DNA of 64,000 nucleotides. Origin: an archaeon. GTDB lineage: Archaea; Asgardarchaeota; Thorarchaeia; Thorarchaeales; Thorarchaeaceae. The DNA is taken from assembly GCA_024276825.1 (NCBI GenBank), contig JAJRWI010000050.1, positions 1 to 64,000 on the forward strand, read 5' to 3'. A model generated the notes under the pieces. It was not told the origin of the DNA. It made no database searches and was given only the letters and a program-made list of their open reading frames with translations. Below, one piece after another: positions 59,806 through 64,000 of the stretch. How positions within the stretch are numbered: the stretch's first letter is position 1; every line of letters starts with the position of its first letter. Both the position numbers and the translations under genes were made by a program.

Positions 59806-60179
59806 TTTATTTAGACAATCTCCTCTATTAGTACTGTTCCTGTGTCGGGTAACGCTTATTCTGCCCCCGGCTACTAAGGTCGGGAGGTCGACATAGGGTA
59901 ATATTTAAATTCGCACCAAGGATGGGACGCTCCACGCATCCCTGAATTGATGCGCTAGATCCCATAACCAACAAGACCAGACCTCGGATGGAGTCATTCT
60001 TGTTGGGGGGTCGGCAACTGATATGATCCCGGTGCCGTGCACCATCAAGGGACATAGTCAGTGGCTGCAGAGGATGAAGATCGTACACTGGAAAATTTGG
60101 AACCTTGCGGTGTGAATCAAATATCATACCGTGCAGCATCTGCTGCGCATATGGGAATATTGCGCCGGATGTGTCAGTA
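59806..60179 (+). other. 23S promoter (TATA-like TTTATTTA at 59806) and structured 5' external transcribed spacer
   Basis: Multiple G:U-containing stems on the plus strand; 60065-60082 pairs perfectly with 63458-63475. Confidence 0.65.
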
Positions 60180-63406
<3,227 letters not shown>

Positions 63407-63563
63407 AAAAGCACATCTCGCGTGATACCTAGAATGTCAAGTGTCCAAAATGTGTAAGATCTTCATCCTCTGCAGACTGTATTGTTTTTGAAACTGGATG
63501 GCCTTCTAAAACTAGAGATTACTTAAATACTCAAGACAATTGGATAAGCAAACTAGTATTAGA

Positions 63564-63995
63564 CTAGTTATATTTCGATGGGACCACAAGAACGATGAGC
63601 AACACATAAATCAGCATTATTGGTATAGGTACGGTCATCCACCAGGCGAACGGTTCAATTGATGTGAATGCCCTTATCATGACCAATATTGGAGTCGATA
63701 GACCTGACAGGATGACATATTTTCTATCAACTCGTCCTTGATAGTAAATGCTTACCATTACAACTAGCAGTAATTGCGAGAAGAGTTCCGGTGAATAGTG
63801 GTTTAGAAAGGTGACTCTGAATTGAAATACCCCTGCAAATGGACCATACAAATCCAATGTCCATAACGGAGCAACCAACATCTGATATATCTCTCCAGTT
63901 CCTGAATAGAGGTATGGAACAACTCCAATAGGCGCTAAAAATAACAGTACAATCGCAATTAGGAGAATTAGAAACATTTCCAAGTCCCTTTTCAT
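63564..63995 (-). CDS. Membrane hypothetical protein
   Basis: 143 aa, four hydrophobic segments. Confidence 0.65.
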   Translation of the reverse strand: MKRDLEMFLILLIAIVLLFLAPIGVVPYLYSGTGEIYQMLVAPLWTLDLYGPFAGVFQFRVTFLNHYSPELFSQLLLVVMVSIYYQGRVDRKYVILSGLSTPILVMIRAFTSIEPFAWWMTVPIPIMLIYVLLIVLVVPSKYN

Positions 63996-64000
63996 ATATT

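Noticed and set aside
59829-60060. GC-rich structured RNA considered as 5S, SRP or RNase P RNA
   Set aside because: Lacks the signature motifs of those RNAs; position fits the 23S leader

Overview
Chromosomal segment of an archaeon, most likely an Asgard archaeon resembling Thorarchaeia. This is inferred from the divergent archaeal rRNAs, GGTGA/GGAG Shine-Dalgarno motifs, longin/roadblock-like proteins and an enlarged ES39 in the 23S rRNA. The window opens with the 5' part of a 16S rRNA gene (minus strand) and closes with a complete, separately transcribed 23S rRNA gene (plus strand) about 59 kb away. In between are tRNA-Ala(CGC), an intron-containing tRNA-Leu(CAA) and about 60 CDSs: valS, serS, pyrH, bacterial-type tkt and rph, nth, a Mig-like glycosylase, SOR, an OsmC pair, a CLC channel, a PAS kinase and many hypotheticals. 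Highlights: (1) a 144-nt structured BHB-type intron between A2450 and A2451 of the peptidyl-transferase centre; (2) an unannotated cassette of micro-ORFs with strong SD motifs (50 aa and 15 aa, both ending D-P-x-P-F/Y) plus an 83-aa roadblock-like ORF, divergent from two large tandem wHTH regulators; (3) a 185-aa protein resembling the REC/WED half of TnpB/Cas12f with no RuvC; (4) a B12-binding/barrel protein coupled to an opine dehydrogenase; (5) a methyltransferase with one in-frame amber codon; (6) a 150-nt self-complementary intergenic element. No CRISPR array or intact transposase was seen. All protein calls come from motif recognition by eye; no searches were run.
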